A DNA stretch of 64,000 nt from Armatimonadota bacterium (GCA_041690135.1 JAWLHY010000003.1:832001-896000), one strand, 5' to 3'; counted from the stretch's first letter, positions 37,770-48,664 are shown. Notes: generated by a model from the letters alone, not told the origin. A program made the numbers and translations.

Positions 37770-39161
37770 CTAGACGCCAGGCTTGAGGAATGAATGTGGC
37801 GGAACGGCCGACCGCTTCGTTGCCCGAAATGTCGTTCCGGTGCGAGTTGCCTGTTGAGGAAGTTCCGTCAGCAGTTGCTGGATCTTCCGGCGCGCCTCGG
37901 CCAGTTCCATGGGATGCTGTATGCGCTCTTCCACGCTGTGCTGGAGCCAGATGACCTGCTGCCGGAGCACCGCACGCCGGGATGGAGCCGAAACTCCCGC
38001 GGCTACCGCGGAGAGACAGTCGAGCATGGCGAGGACCACCGTTACGTCTCCGGCTCCGTAGTGGCGGATCGGCTGGAGCGCCAGGGCGACCATCTGCTCG
38101 AAGTCCGTTCCGCGGGCGACGATCCGGAGTTGTCCGGCGTCATCGACGCGGTAGCGCGTGGGGATCTCCCGGGAGCCGATCTGCCGCAGGATGCCGCGCA
38201 GGAAGTCCACGCAGGTAATGGCGGTGCGGGGGTCATTGACGCCCGGAGAGAGCGCTTTCACGGCGATGTCGACGATCTGAATCACGCCGAATTCCGGGTC
38301 CTGATCGATCGTGCGGCTCCGGTCGAGCGCGAAGCAATCGCGGAGGCTCTTGCATACCTCTTCGGTGACCCGATCCGCGGGCCAGATCCGCGCCAGGGGC
38401 GTGCCGCAGGCGGCGAACCCGCCCACGCCGCACTCCATCCGCAGCAAGAGATCGTGCTCCTCGCACAGGCGCATCATCCTCTCGGTATCGACCGACCGGA
38501 GGTAGCCGTCGCGGAGGGCAGGCAGCGGGCGGGCGGTCTCGGTGGGGGGAAGATCGGCTTCGCGAAGGTGCGACGGCTCGTCGTGCCCCAGGGGCCGTGG
38601 GAAGAGGCGGTCGATGGCCGCACGGGTCTCCCCCACCAACTCCGCCACCACGCAACCGACCTGAATGGAGACGGTGATGTGGTGGATGAAGTAGATCAAC
38701 ATCCCGAGACTCACCACCGCCAGGAACACACCGCCGGTGACGCCGTAGTGTGGGACGAACATGTCGTAGCCGTCTCCCTGGACCGTCCGCAGCACCAGCA
38801 GGCAATAGGTGAAGGTGGCCAGGAAGGTGCCGAGAACCACGTGGTTGCCGCGGTCGGCCGCGAACTGACGGAGGATGCGGGGAGTGAACTGCTGGGAGGC
38901 GAGCGTGAGCGCGACGACGGTGACCGAGAAGACTACGCCGGCTACGGTCACCATCGACGTGGCGATGGCGGAGAGAACGCCGCGGGCGCCGTCCGGCCCG
39001 CCACCGAACACAAGCCATTCCCACCCCGCGCTGGGCTGGAACTGCTGGTCCAGCCATACTACTCCCAGCGCCGCGGCTGCGGCCGCCAGCGTGCACAGCG
39101 TGGGCACGAACCAGAAGCTGCTGGTCACGTTCTGCCAGAGGAGTGCTGCCCGTCGTATCAT
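37770..39161 (-). CDS. DUF2254 membrane protein
   Basis: SFWFVP, ARGVLSAIATSM, LASQQFTPRIL, FIHH, QDPEFG..QIVDIAVKALSPGVNDP. Confidence 0.9.
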   Translation of the reverse strand: MIRRAALLWQNVTSSFWFVPTLCTLAAAAAALGVVWLDQQFQPSAGWEWLVFGGGPDGARGVLSAIATSMVTVAGVVFSVTVVALTLASQQFTPRILRQFAADRGNHVVLGTFLATFTYCLLVLRTVQGDGYDMFVPHYGVTGGVFLAVVSLGMLIYFIHHITVSIQVGCVVAELVGETRAAIDRLFPRPLGHDEPSHLREADLPPTETARPLPALRDGYLRSVDTERMMRLCEEHDLLLRMECGVGGFAACGTPLARIWPADRVTEEVCKSLRDCFALDRSRTIDQDPEFGVIQIVDIAVKALSPGVNDPRTAITCVDFLRGILRQIGSREIPTRYRVDDAGQLRIVARGTDFEQMVALALQPIRHYGAGDVTVVLAMLDCLSAVAAGVSAPSRRAVLRQQVIWLQHSVEERIQHPMELAEARRKIQQLLTELPQQATRTGTTFRATKRSAVPPHSFLKPGV

Positions 39162-39191
39162 CGTGCGGGTAATACCCCGCAGACGCCCGCG

Positions 39192-40823
39192 CTAACTGCC
39201 GGGGGAGCGCAGACGGCGCGTATGTCCCGTAGCCGTGGTGTCCGTGCCCAGGAGGGAGCGAACCACGAGATCGATGCGGGGGTGGACGTACTTCCGGAGT
39301 GTCTCCTGAAGGATCTCCACCTGCCGCGGCTGGAGTTGGCTGGGAGTGCGGGCGGTGGCCAGCACGAAGAGGCGGTTCCCCCGCTCTTCCAACTGAAGCT
39401 CCGCGAGGTAAGCGCCGTCCACCTGGAGGCGAAGCTGGTTATCCAGCGCGGCCTCCAGCCGTTTCCTCCGCCGCAGTTCTCGGTCCGAGAGGCGGGGCGC
39501 TTCTTTCACCGGCTCGTACAGATAGCGGTCGGCATCCGCGTCACGAGTGAGGATGGAGCGGATCACCAGCCGGATGCGCAGCCCCGTCTCGCGCCGGAGC
39601 GCCTCCTGAATACGCGCCACGTCGGCCGGACTGATGGCCGTGGGGGTGCGGACCAGGGCTGTCATTCCCTCTTCGGCGCCGCCATCCGAGGGGGGATCCC
39701 GGCGCAGGTCCGCGAGTTGCGCGCCCGGGAGACCCCGGAGCTCGTCCTGGATCGTGCGCGTGGCCTGGGTGAGGAACGCCGTCTGGGCCTGGGCTTCCTC
39801 CCGCCGGCGCCGTTCCGAGTCGGTGATGAAGACCGGTCCGGTGCGGTCCGCGTCCCGCGAGATGAGCGAGCGCACCACGAGGTGGATCCGGGGATCGACC
39901 CGGTCGCGCAGGTTCTCTTCCATCTGCAGGACCTGCTCCGGCTCGAAGGCTTGCGGGGTGAGCACGGCGGCGATCACATCCAGGCCGGTCGCCCCCCGGA
40001 GCATGCGTACCTCGGAAAGGTGTGCTCCCGCGATCGCCTGCACCTGTTGGTCGAGATTGCGCTCGATGGCCGCCGTCACTCGCCGGTTGGAGATGATGCG
40101 GACCAGCGACTCGGTCATGAACCCGGAAACCACGACCAGTAGCAGCAGACTGAGCCGGAAACGCTGGAATACCCACGCGTAAAGGGAGATGCCCGGTTGG
40201 GGGACCTCCGCCAGGCCCGCCAGGGTGAAGACCAGCGCCGCGGCGATTTCGATGGCCAGGAAGTTGGCGAAGAAGAGCAGGAAGGCCCCCCAGGCCATCT
40301 GCCACTCCCCGGCCGAGAGGCAGAGGCCGCTGGTAGCGAGCGGCGGTACCAGGGCCGTGGCAATGGCGACGCCGGGCATGGCGGGGCTGATCTTCCGGTT
40401 GGTGAGCGCGTACGCGCCCGCCAGGCCGGACAGGATGGCGATCAGTACGTCGTAGATGGTGGGCTGGGTGCGGCCCAGGATCTCGGAGCCGAACTCGGGG
40501 CGCAGCGGCAGCCGGCCGATCAGGAATCCGAGGCCGAGGGCCAGCAGCACTCCCAGGACCTCCGCCATGCCGGCCCGGCCGAGCAGGCGACGCTCCCCTG
40601 TGCAGAGGGCGAGGGCGATGCCGAAGATGGGCCCCATCAGCGGGGCGATGAGCATGGCGCCGATGACCACCGCCGTGCTGTTGGCCAGCAGACCGAAGGC
40701 GGCGATGGAGGTGGAGAGGAGCACCAGCAGATAGAAGGAGCGGTTGGGGCTCGCCAGGTCCACAAGACCCTGGTAGACCTGCTCCCGTTCTTCTCCCTCC
40801 AGCCTGAAAGAAACCGCCTTCAT
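39192..40823 (-). CDS. DUF389 (TIGR00341) membrane protein with repeated C-terminal domains
   Basis: NSTAVVIGAMLIAPLMGPI, EILGRTQP, PGVAIATALVPPL, LFFANFLAI. Confidence 0.9.
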   Translation of the reverse strand: MKAVSFRLEGEEREQVYQGLVDLASPNRSFYLLVLLSTSIAAFGLLANSTAVVIGAMLIAPLMGPIFGIALALCTGERRLLGRAGMAEVLGVLLALGLGFLIGRLPLRPEFGSEILGRTQPTIYDVLIAILSGLAGAYALTNRKISPAMPGVAIATALVPPLATSGLCLSAGEWQMAWGAFLLFFANFLAIEIAAALVFTLAGLAEVPQPGISLYAWVFQRFRLSLLLLVVVSGFMTESLVRIISNRRVTAAIERNLDQQVQAIAGAHLSEVRMLRGATGLDVIAAVLTPQAFEPEQVLQMEENLRDRVDPRIHLVVRSLISRDADRTGPVFITDSERRRREEAQAQTAFLTQATRTIQDELRGLPGAQLADLRRDPPSDGGAEEGMTALVRTPTAISPADVARIQEALRRETGLRIRLVIRSILTRDADADRYLYEPVKEAPRLSDRELRRRKRLEAALDNQLRLQVDGAYLAELQLEERGNRLFVLATARTPSQLQPRQVEILQETLRKYVHPRIDLVVRSLLGTDTTATGHTRRLRSPGS

Positions 40824-41231
40824 TCCCTATCCTCTGGTGCGATGGTGCGAGAGTTCCCGACCCTGAACGGTCGGGCTTTAGTAAAGCACGCTGCCACACC
40901 CCCTCGGGGCGCAAGCCTCCGTGGGCGCCCGGTCCGCGTACAAAGCGCCGACAGAATCACAGGACGAAGCGTGCGGGCAATAGGCGCGGAAGTATACGCG
41001 CCTAGCCGAAAATGGGGAGCCCCAAAGTGTACTCTGGAAGCAGTCCTGTCGCATCCCAGGCAACACAGCACGCGAGCCACTCCTTTTAGAGATCGGCATT
41101 AACGCACCTTCGGTTTGTACTTTGCGGGCGGGTCTCCCTCCCCGGACTGTTGGAACCGGGCGGATCTGGGTAACCGGCGACTGGGCTGAGGACCACTGCG
41201 AGGCGAGGGTTCACGGTCGAAGGAGAGCAAG

Positions 41232-41849
41232 TTGATGGAAGAACGAAGAGAGCGAGAGATGATCGACCGGGATGAATACGGTACCGTGGAGGATGCGGGG
41301 CGCAAGGGTGGGGCGGTAGCGGCGGGAACAGCGCCCGCCCATCCGCGGGCGCTGCCGGAGGTGTGGCCTTACGCCCTGAACTGGAAGAGCGCCTTTGCCG
41401 CGGGCTTCCTCGCCACGGCAGCGCTCACCCTGATCCTCTACTTCCTGCCACCCCTGTTCGGTTACCCGCCGATGAACGTGGCGCAGCAGTTGGGCTCCTT
41501 CATCGCGTTGGAGACCCGCAATATCTTCTGGGCCGGGATGCTGTGGCACCTCGCCAACGGCATTTTCTTCACGGTCGTTTACGCCTGGGTCCTGTTAAAG
41601 GCCCGCACGCAGAGTGACGCGAAGACGGGCGCTGTGTTCGGGGCGGTGGTCTGGCTTCTGGCGATGATCCTGATGCCGGTCATGATGGCGTTCCATCCGC
41701 AGGTGCGAGCCGGCGTGATGGCGAACCCCGGCTTCTTCCTGCGCGGTCTCGATCCCGGGCTCGGCCTGGCGATGCTGGACCTGTTCGCTCACCTGGTGTT
41801 CGGCATTCTCGCCGGTGTGATCTACAAGCACCGCGAAGCCTGTGAGTGA
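41232..41849 (+). CDS. Membrane protein (4-5 TM)
   Basis: Hydrophobic helices with WHLANG and AHLVFG motifs; start uncertain. Confidence 0.7.
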   Translation: MMEERREREMIDRDEYGTVEDAGRKGGAVAAGTAPAHPRALPEVWPYALNWKSAFAAGFLATAALTLILYFLPPLFGYPPMNVAQQLGSFIALETRNIFWAGMLWHLANGIFFTVVYAWVLLKARTQSDAKTGAVFGAVVWLLAMILMPVMMAFHPQVRAGVMANPGFFLRGLDPGLGLAMLDLFAHLVFGILAGVIYKHREACE

Positions 41850-42097
41850 AGACAGGAACGGATAAGGACCGAGGGGGCAAAGGTAAGAATTTTTACAATT
41901 AGGGGCGGGATGAAGACCGAGGGATGAGGAGGGATAGAGACAAAGCTGGTCCGACTTGGGTGCGGTTGAGAGTCGGATTAGAGACAGAGCATCACCATGC
42001 AATCGCATCCTGATTGAGGGTTGTGCGTTGAGAAAGGGAGATCCGGGGCCGGGCATGTTACCATGACCCGGTTCAGCCCTTCCAACGGAGCCCTGTG

Positions 42098-43099
42098 ATG
42101 CCTGTCTGGTTGATCTTCCTTCTCAGTGCCGCCGCCGTGATCCTCGCGGGCTCCCGTCTCAGCCGGGATGGGGACGTGCTGGCGGAGGTGACCGGTCTCG
42201 GCGGGGCCTGGGTCGGCGCGATCCTGGTGGCGGGTATCACCTCGCTGCCGGAGCTGGCTACCGATATCTACGCGGTCAACGACGGCGAGCACGGCCTGGC
42301 GGTGGGCGATCTCTTCGGGTCCTGCATGGCCAACTTGCTGATCCTCGCGGTGGCCGACCTTTCCACGCGCCAGGTCCGCGTGTTGACCCGGGTCGCCATC
42401 AACCAGGTCCTGGTGGGCCTGCTGGGCGTGGCGCTCCTGGCCCTGGCCGCGGCGGGGATTTTGGCGCACTTCGACTTTGCCGTGTTCGGCCTGGGATGGG
42501 CGACCCTGGCGATCGGCATTGCCTATGTGTTGGGAATGCGCCTGCTTCACGTGAACCGCGGCGAAGCGGCACCTTTCGAAGGTCACGCCGAGACGGCGGA
42601 TGGCCCAGACGCGGGGCGCCGGAACGCCTTACGCGGGGCGGCGATCGGCTTTGTGTTGGCGGCGCTCGTCATCCTGTTTGCGGCCCGCTACCTGGCCAGC
42701 TCCGCCGCCACGATCGCCCAGCAGTTGGGAATCTCCAGCGGCTTCGTGGGGATGGTGCTGCTGGCGGTGACCACCTCGCTGCCGGAAGTGACCGTCTCCA
42801 TCGCCGCCGTGCGGTCGGGCTCCTACGACCTGGCCGTGGGTAACCTGCTCGGCAGCAACTGCTTTAATATGGCCATCCTCTTCGTGCTGGACCTGGTGGA
42901 CGGTCCCGGACCGCTCCTCGCGCATGTGGGGCCAGGGCTGACCATCGGCGCGCTGTTCGCGATCCTGCTTTCGGTGCAGGCCCTGATGGGGGTGCTGAAC
43001 AAGTCGGAGAAGCGGATCTGGTTCCTGGAGCCGGACGCCGTATTCCTCGTGCTGACCTATGCCGCGGGCCTTTACCTGGTGTACCGCGTCGGACACTGA
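42098..43099 (+). CDS. Sodium:calcium antiporter (CaCA family)
   Basis: Two alpha repeats, ITSLPE/TTSLPE and GDLFGS..AN/GNLLGSN. Confidence 0.92.
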   Translation: MPVWLIFLLSAAAVILAGSRLSRDGDVLAEVTGLGGAWVGAILVAGITSLPELATDIYAVNDGEHGLAVGDLFGSCMANLLILAVADLSTRQVRVLTRVAINQVLVGLLGVALLALAAAGILAHFDFAVFGLGWATLAIGIAYVLGMRLLHVNRGEAAPFEGHAETADGPDAGRRNALRGAAIGFVLAALVILFAARYLASSAATIAQQLGISSGFVGMVLLAVTTSLPEVTVSIAAVRSGSYDLAVGNLLGSNCFNMAILFVLDLVDGPGPLLAHVGPGLTIGALFAILLSVQALMGVLNKSEKRIWFLEPDAVFLVLTYAAGLYLVYRVGH

Positions 43100-43216
43100 A
43101 CGTCTAAACGTTTACAGGAGTGGGGTGGTGGACCACGACAGCGTATTCAGAGGGAACACCTCGCCTTGGCTGCGGACTATTTGAGCTAACGTCGAAGGCT
43201 GCGAGAGGGTAGCGAC

Positions 43217-44425
43217 ATGAAACGAGTCTCGATCCTCGCATGGGGGCTGGTAGTGGGAGCCATTGGCTGCGCACCCCAGCCGGAGACGGTGGGGGAGCTG
43301 GTGCTGGCGGTGGAAGCGCCGCCGTCCGATCCCGCGCAGGCCGCCGTGGTGCTGGAAGGCGCTGGAGTCACGGCGGTGCGAAAGCACCTCGGTAAGGAGC
43401 CTTCCCGCGAGGAGGTGGACCGGGTCTTCTACCTGGCGGTGCGGCCCGCGGGATCGGCCTCTGCGGAGGCTACTCCTCCGGTGCCGGTGATGGCCCGGCT
43501 GGAGTGGAGCGAGGCGCGGGTGCGGCTCGTTCCCCAGGCCTCTCTCACGCCTGGCCTGCGCTATGAGGCCGTGTTCGACGGCCCGCGCCTTTCCCCCGCG
43601 TTGCCCCGCCTGGCGGAGTCCTACATCGTACCGGAAGAGACACGGCGCTCGGAAGGGAAGATTACGGTGCTCCACCCCAACCGCCGGGAGTTACCGGCGA
43701 ACCAGTTGAAGTTCTACGTCCACTTCAGCCGGCCCATGGCGGAGGGTCATGCATTTCGGCACGCGCGCCTCCTGGATGCCCGCGGAGAGCCGATCGACCA
43801 GGCGTTCCGGGAAGTGGAGCTGTGGGAGGACAACCACCAGCGGCTGACCCTCTGGATCAACCCCGGTCGCACCAAGCGGGCCCTGGGACTGAGTGAATCA
43901 CTGGGTCCGGTGCTGGAAGCCGGCCGCGAGTACACGCTGGAGATCCGGCCCGGCTTCCCGGACAGCCGGGGCCGGAAGCTTTCGGAGGGGCTGCGGCACT
44001 CCTTCCGGACGACCGCGCACGACCGCACACAGCCGCAGACCTCCTCCTGGCGCATCGCCGCGCCTTCCCACGGCACCCGCGATCCATTGGAGGTTACTTT
44101 CGGCGAGCCCATGGACCACGCTCTGGCCGAGCGGGGCATCCGTGTTCTGGGGCCGGGGGATGTGGAAGTGCCGGGTACGCCGTACGTCTCTGAGGATGGC
44201 CTGCGCTGGACATTCGAGCCTGCCGGAGACTGGGCCGAGGGGGAGCACGTCCTCGTGGCTGCGGGGGAGATCGAGGACCTCGCCGGTAACAGCCTCTACC
44301 GGCCGTTCGAGACGGTGGCGGGAAAGGGCCCCCGACCGACTCCCACCCCGCCGGAGTTCCGATTGCCGTTCACTATCAGTGGAACGAAGGGGTCTTCACC
44401 ACGGAGTCACAGAGACCCGGAGTAG
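43217..44425 (+). CDS. Lipoprotein with Ig-like domains
   Basis: Lipobox AIGC; LPANQLKFYVHFSRPM, TFGEPMD, IEDLAGN. Confidence 0.75.
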   Translation: MKRVSILAWGLVVGAIGCAPQPETVGELVLAVEAPPSDPAQAAVVLEGAGVTAVRKHLGKEPSREEVDRVFYLAVRPAGSASAEATPPVPVMARLEWSEARVRLVPQASLTPGLRYEAVFDGPRLSPALPRLAESYIVPEETRRSEGKITVLHPNRRELPANQLKFYVHFSRPMAEGHAFRHARLLDARGEPIDQAFREVELWEDNHQRLTLWINPGRTKRALGLSESLGPVLEAGREYTLEIRPGFPDSRGRKLSEGLRHSFRTTAHDRTQPQTSSWRIAAPSHGTRDPLEVTFGEPMDHALAERGIRVLGPGDVEVPGTPYVSEDGLRWTFEPAGDWAEGEHVLVAAGEIEDLAGNSLYRPFETVAGKGPRPTPTPPEFRLPFTISGTKGSSPRSHRDPE

Positions 44426-44442
44426 ACCACGGGGGAGGGCGA

Positions 44443-44700
44443 TAAGGATCAAGATCAGGATAAGGATAAAGAATCCGGCTTCAGGACGGGTGCCCTGACC
44501 AGGGGGCGAGTGGATTAGGACTCGGAAGAGGATTAGGAGTTCCGCCGCAGGACGAGTTCCCTGACCAGGGGGCGGGATGGATTAGGACTACGATTAGGAA
44601 AAAGAGTCCCGGGTAAGGACGATTTCCCTGACCAGGGGGCGAGTGGATTAGGACCAGGATAAGGATTTGGGTAAGGTCGACTTCCCCGACCAGGGGGATG
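44443..44700. repeat. Four ~39-bp hairpin-containing direct repeats interleaved with GAT(T/A)AGG microrepeats
   Basis: Consensus AGGACGANTTCCCTGACCAGGGGGCGAGTGGATTAGGAC at 44483, 44549, 44616 and 44674 (partial). Confidence 0.75.
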
Positions 44701-45296
44701 GCCACGTCGCTTACCGGTTCTGGTACGCGTGGCTGGCCGCTTCGACGCCATACTCATCCGCTTCGGGGAAGTTGCTGCGGATCTATCGCTCCTCGCCATG
44801 ACGATCATGGTCACTGCCTGAATGCCTGACCGCCTGAATGCCTAATGCCCAATGCCCACCGCCCAACTCCCCTGGGAACCTGCCAGCCTGCTCCTGGGTC
44901 TAAGCAGGTAAGGGATTTCCCAGGGAGAGACGGTCGCACCCCCGAGCCTCCTAGCAAGCTTGCGGGTAAATGGGGGGTTTGATGTCGGTAGCCCTTTAGG
45001 AAATACCAAACGACAACCGATAACAGAATCAAGAGGAAAGAGGGAGGAGATTGCTCCTTTACTCACCTTGGTGATAAGGTCCGGGGTTGGTCTTCCGCCG
45101 CGCGCGAGGCCGGCGGGAATTTTCGGAGAACTGTTCGTTGTCATCACGGCGGAGCGGCGCCGGTGGCGGAGTCTCCCCACCGGTCCGCGCTTCCACCGGA
45201 TAAGGACATCTACAACACGGTCCACTACAACGGCTCTCCAGCCTGCCCCGGAGACCGGAGTGGGGAGCGTCGCTCCCCTAGAGAGGGCCTTGTACG

Positions 45297-45851
45297 ATGC
45301 CGGCACGGATATCCAACGACCACCCGATCCGCGAGTTGTTCAGTAGCCTGGTCCAGCGGACCTTCTACCGCCAGGTCGGCCTTTCCGAGCCTGCGCTCAC
45401 CCGCTATGTCGCGGACATGCTGGTCGATTTCACGCACCAGGACCAGGTGTACCGCATCCGGGATTCCCGTGGCCGCCGCCTGGAAGAGGTTGCGGAGATG
45501 ATGCTGGAGGGCGACGTCGCGTTGAACGCCACGTCCTTCGACCGGGAGCGGGAGGTCCATAAGCACATCGGGGACTTTACCCTGTTCTGGACGGGGGTGT
45601 ACCCGGAGATGCTGCGCCACTTCCGCGCCGCGACCCGTTCCGACCACCTGATCGACTACGTTTCCCAGGGCCGCAAGTCGTACCAGATCGCCTCGACCTT
45701 CGAGTACGGGCAGTACGCGGAAGAGGCGCCGGTGCTGCGGCGCCTCTCCGACCAGTTCGAGGTCTGCATGTATGGCCTGCACCTGGTCCGGAAGGAGTTG
45801 GAGACCTACGGAAGCCCGGAGATGCAGACGGTACGCCGGTTGCTCGATTAA
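45297..45851 (+). CDS. Hypothetical protein, probably conserved
   Basis: YVADMLVDF, REREVHKHIGDFTLFWTGVYPE, GRKSY; host codon usage. Confidence 0.8.
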   Translation: MPARISNDHPIRELFSSLVQRTFYRQVGLSEPALTRYVADMLVDFTHQDQVYRIRDSRGRRLEEVAEMMLEGDVALNATSFDREREVHKHIGDFTLFWTGVYPEMLRHFRAATRSDHLIDYVSQGRKSYQIASTFEYGQYAEEAPVLRRLSDQFEVCMYGLHLVRKELETYGSPEMQTVRRLLD

Positions 45852-46615
45852 TTGACGCCGATCTGCTTCTCCCGGTACTTTTCGTCCGGCCGGGTGAAGA
45901 TGCGGTCCACGTTGGCCTGCGTGAGGAAGTTCGGCCCGCCCAGCATCACGGTGCCCATCAGGATGCGGGCCGTCTTCACGTACATCGCGGTGGCGGTTTC
46001 GACTTCGGTTGAGCTCTTGCCGAGGGCGATGAGGCCGTGGTTCTGCATCAGGATAATGCGCGGGACGAGGTTGTGCTCCTGCATGTAGGCTTCCACGCGC
46101 GCCTTGATCTCCCGGGCCAGCGGCTGACCGGGATCGACGTAAGGCACGAAGACCGGCGCCGGGCCGCAGCAAACGATCTCGTCCGGAAAGAGGCGGCCGG
46201 AGACAGCCTCCTCCGCCATCCGCGAGCAGAGGACGGCGTTCACGGCGGTGGGGTGCGTGTGTCCGACCACGTTGATGCCGGGCAGGCTGAGCAGGTAGGC
46301 GTGGAACAGCGTCTCCACGGACGGACGCGTGGGCTGGAGCGGGTTGACACGGGCCTTCATCAACCCGTCCTTGATTTCGTCGTCGGTGAGCGACTCGCGG
46401 TCCAGCATCTCCAGGCAGGGAGCGCGGCGCACGCGGACGAAGCCGGTTTCGGTGATGTCCAGCAGGGAGAGGCCGGAGGCCTTTACGTAGAAGGTGGCGC
46501 CATCGACCCCGGTGCTGGTGTTCCCTTCACCCAGGATGACGTAGTCGTTGGCCGGGTCGGCCAGCCGGCGGCTCATGGCGACCACTTCGCGGAGGATCTC
46601 GTGAACGGTAGGCAT
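45848..46615 (-). CDS. Class II aldolase/adducin family protein
   Basis: GEGNTS, KASG, PSVETLFH, HTHP, QNHGL. Confidence 0.92.
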   Translation of the reverse strand: MPTVHEILREVVAMSRRLADPANDYVILGEGNTSTGVDGATFYVKASGLSLLDITETGFVRVRRAPCLEMLDRESLTDDEIKDGLMKARVNPLQPTRPSVETLFHAYLLSLPGINVVGHTHPTAVNAVLCSRMAEEAVSGRLFPDEIVCCGPAPVFVPYVDPGQPLAREIKARVEAYMQEHNLVPRIILMQNHGLIALGKSSTEVETATAMYVKTARILMGTVMLGGPNFLTQANVDRIFTRPDEKYREKQIGVN

Positions 46616-46722
46616 GGTGGACCTGATTGGTAGGGCAGGGCGGAAAGCCGTGACCGGAAAGCGGTATCGCGGAAGCGATAAAAGGAAGAGCGGGCAATAT
46701 CGAGTCTATCATAGGGGATACG

Positions 46723-47049
46723 ATGCCGTTCTTCGACCTGTCACAGCAACCGACCCGGGAGCTTTTCCCCGGCGTGACGCTCACCACCGCCTGGGGTGAC
46801 CGCATTATGATGTCGTTCGTCCACTTCCAGCACGCCGGCGCGGAAGTACCCACCCATCAACACCCCCACGAGCAGATGGGGATGGGCCTGGAAGGCGAGT
46901 TCGAGTTGATCATCGACGGCGAGAGCCGGATCATCCGCAAGGGGGATAGCTACTGCATTCCCGGCGGCACCCCGCACAGCGCCCGGAGCGTGAACGGTCC
47001 CGCCCGCGCCCTCGATATCTTCAGTCCCCCGCGCGAAGATTACATGTAA
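46723..47049 (+). CDS. Cupin domain protein
   Basis: HQHPHEQMG, IPGGTPHSA, DIFSPPREDY. Confidence 0.93.
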   Translation: MPFFDLSQQPTRELFPGVTLTTAWGDRIMMSFVHFQHAGAEVPTHQHPHEQMGMGLEGEFELIIDGESRIIRKGDSYCIPGGTPHSARSVNGPARALDIFSPPREDYM

Positions 47050-47272
47050 AGGTCAGGGCTCGCCGGCGGGGCCGGATGTCGTAGCCGTCGATGCCGGCCG
47101 TGCCGGAGGTGGGGTCCAGCAGGGTGGCGAGCATCCGCATCAGCGTCGTCTTGCCCGCCCCGTTTGGCCCCAGCAGTCCCAGCAGCCCGGAGTCGAGTTG
47201 CAGCGTCACCCCATCGACCGCCACGGCCTTGCCTTCGTAGATCTTGGTCAGCCCCTCGATGCGAACGCCCAT
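47021..47272 (-). pseudogene. Truncated ABC transporter ATP-binding protein (N-terminal fragment)
   Basis: Walker A GLLGPNGAGKTTLMRML..PTSG, after which similarity is lost past GYDI and the frame runs into the cupin gene. Confidence 0.8.
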
Positions 47273-47647
47273 GGTTTCCTGTCCCTCCGCACGGTCCGTA
47301 TCGGAGTAACAGTCGTTCGGGAGCGGGAAGGGGTTACGCGTCTTCAGAGAGTGCCCTGATAGCGGTCCGAAAGCATTGCCTCGGTCCGGCTGCCGGCCTC
47401 CCTCCCCGACGACCGGCGAGCCCGCACCCGAGTCGAGGTGCTCCCGACTCCGTAGGGCTATCGTCGTTCGCAGCAGGCGCGATCCCGGGCAGGACGGGTG
47501 GTTACCTCGCTGGCGGTGGAGCCCTTACGGACGCCGGCCGCCGGACGTGTTCGCGCGGGCTCGGGTTAACGTGACCTTTCGGCCCGGGAACCGTTGAAAA
47601 CCCGGACGGCGTTCCGTGTCGCCATCCGGATTTCAGTGGGGAATGGG

Positions 47648-47986
47648 ATGGAAGACACGCTTCTGATCTTCCTGTTCGGGGTCGCGGTGGTGATCTGGTG
47701 GGCCTTGGGTCCCGAGGGAAAGGTGCACTGGCTGTACGGCGCCGTACTGGGGCTAACCGGGCTGCAAGTCGTCTTTCGGGGTTGGACCAGCGAATACGGG
47801 GAGGACTTCCCACCCCACCCGTTCGGGTGGATCATCGTAGCTCTGGGTATCATCATGGCCTTCTGGGGCGAGCACGCGGCACAGCAGGATCGGGAACGCA
47901 CCATCCTGATGGACGGCGCCGCTCCCGCTCCTCCGCCGCGTCCCCGCCGTCCCCGGCGAGCACCCCGGTCCCGCCGGCGTAAGTAG
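47648..47986 (+). CDS. Small membrane protein
   Basis: Three hydrophobic segments and a basic tail. Confidence 0.65.
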   Translation: MEDTLLIFLFGVAVVIWWALGPEGKVHWLYGAVLGLTGLQVVFRGWTSEYGEDFPPHPFGWIIVALGIIMAFWGEHAAQQDRERTILMDGAAPAPPPRPRRPRRAPRSRRRK

Positions 47987-48080
47987 AGCCACTGAACCCT
48001 ACCCCTTTTCGATTGTCAGGTCCTGTTATACTCGGGGTAGTGGAATACCAGGCAGTATCTTCCGGATGAGGAGAGAAGTG

Positions 48081-48632
48081 ATGCTCACCCGGTCCAAAGC
48101 AACGATTGAAGATCTCTGCAACCTTCCCGACAACCGGAAGGCCGAACTGGTCAACGGAAAGCTCGTTTTCATCTTGCCGACGGGGGACGCACCCGGCTAT
48201 GCCGCCGATGAGATCTTCGTCTCGCTGCGGGATTATGCGAAGCGGACCGGGAGAGGGCGTGCGGTGGCGGACAACAAGGGGTTCCGCGTGCATCTGCCGC
48301 ACCGGGAGTCCTTCAGTCCGGATGCAGCTTACTACCTGGGCCCCCGGACCGGCATGCGGTTCTTCGAAGGGGCTCCCATCTTCGCGGTCGAGGCGCGCAG
48401 CGAAAACGACTACGGCCCCCAGGCCGAGTACGACCTGGCCCAGAAGCGAGCGGACTACTTCGCAGCGGGGACGCAGGTGGTCTGGGACGTTGATCTTCTG
48501 AGCGAGGACGTAGTCCGGGTTTATCGGGCAAGTGACCCCACCCGAGCGGTCATCTATCGGCGGGGTGACCTGGCGGAAGCGGAACCTGCCGTTCCCGGGT
48601 GGACCATGCCGGTAGATGATCTATTTGAATGA
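48081..48632 (+). CDS. Uma2 family (PD-(D/E)XK) endonuclease
   Basis: KAELVNG, SPDAAY, PIFAVEARS, KRADYFAAGTQVVWDVD, EPAVPGW. Confidence 0.9.
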   Translation: MLTRSKATIEDLCNLPDNRKAELVNGKLVFILPTGDAPGYAADEIFVSLRDYAKRTGRGRAVADNKGFRVHLPHRESFSPDAAYYLGPRTGMRFFEGAPIFAVEARSENDYGPQAEYDLAQKRADYFAAGTQVVWDVDLLSEDVVRVYRASDPTRAVIYRRGDLAEAEPAVPGWTMPVDDLFE

Positions 48633-48664
48633 CCCACGTAGAGTGGTCCAGGACGATTGGTGGG

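Noticed and set aside
37794-40142. 782-aa + strand ORF and other long shadow ORFs (e.g. 28021-29736, 8965-10482, 24263-25534, 62092-63294)
   Set aside because: Antisense or alternate-frame shadows of well-supported genes in high-GC DNA, with no recognisable motifs.
44960-45290. Possible riboswitch in the AT-richer intergenic stretch (CTTATC motifs)
   Set aside because: Lacks the other SAM-I core elements, and I could not build a convincing fold by eye.
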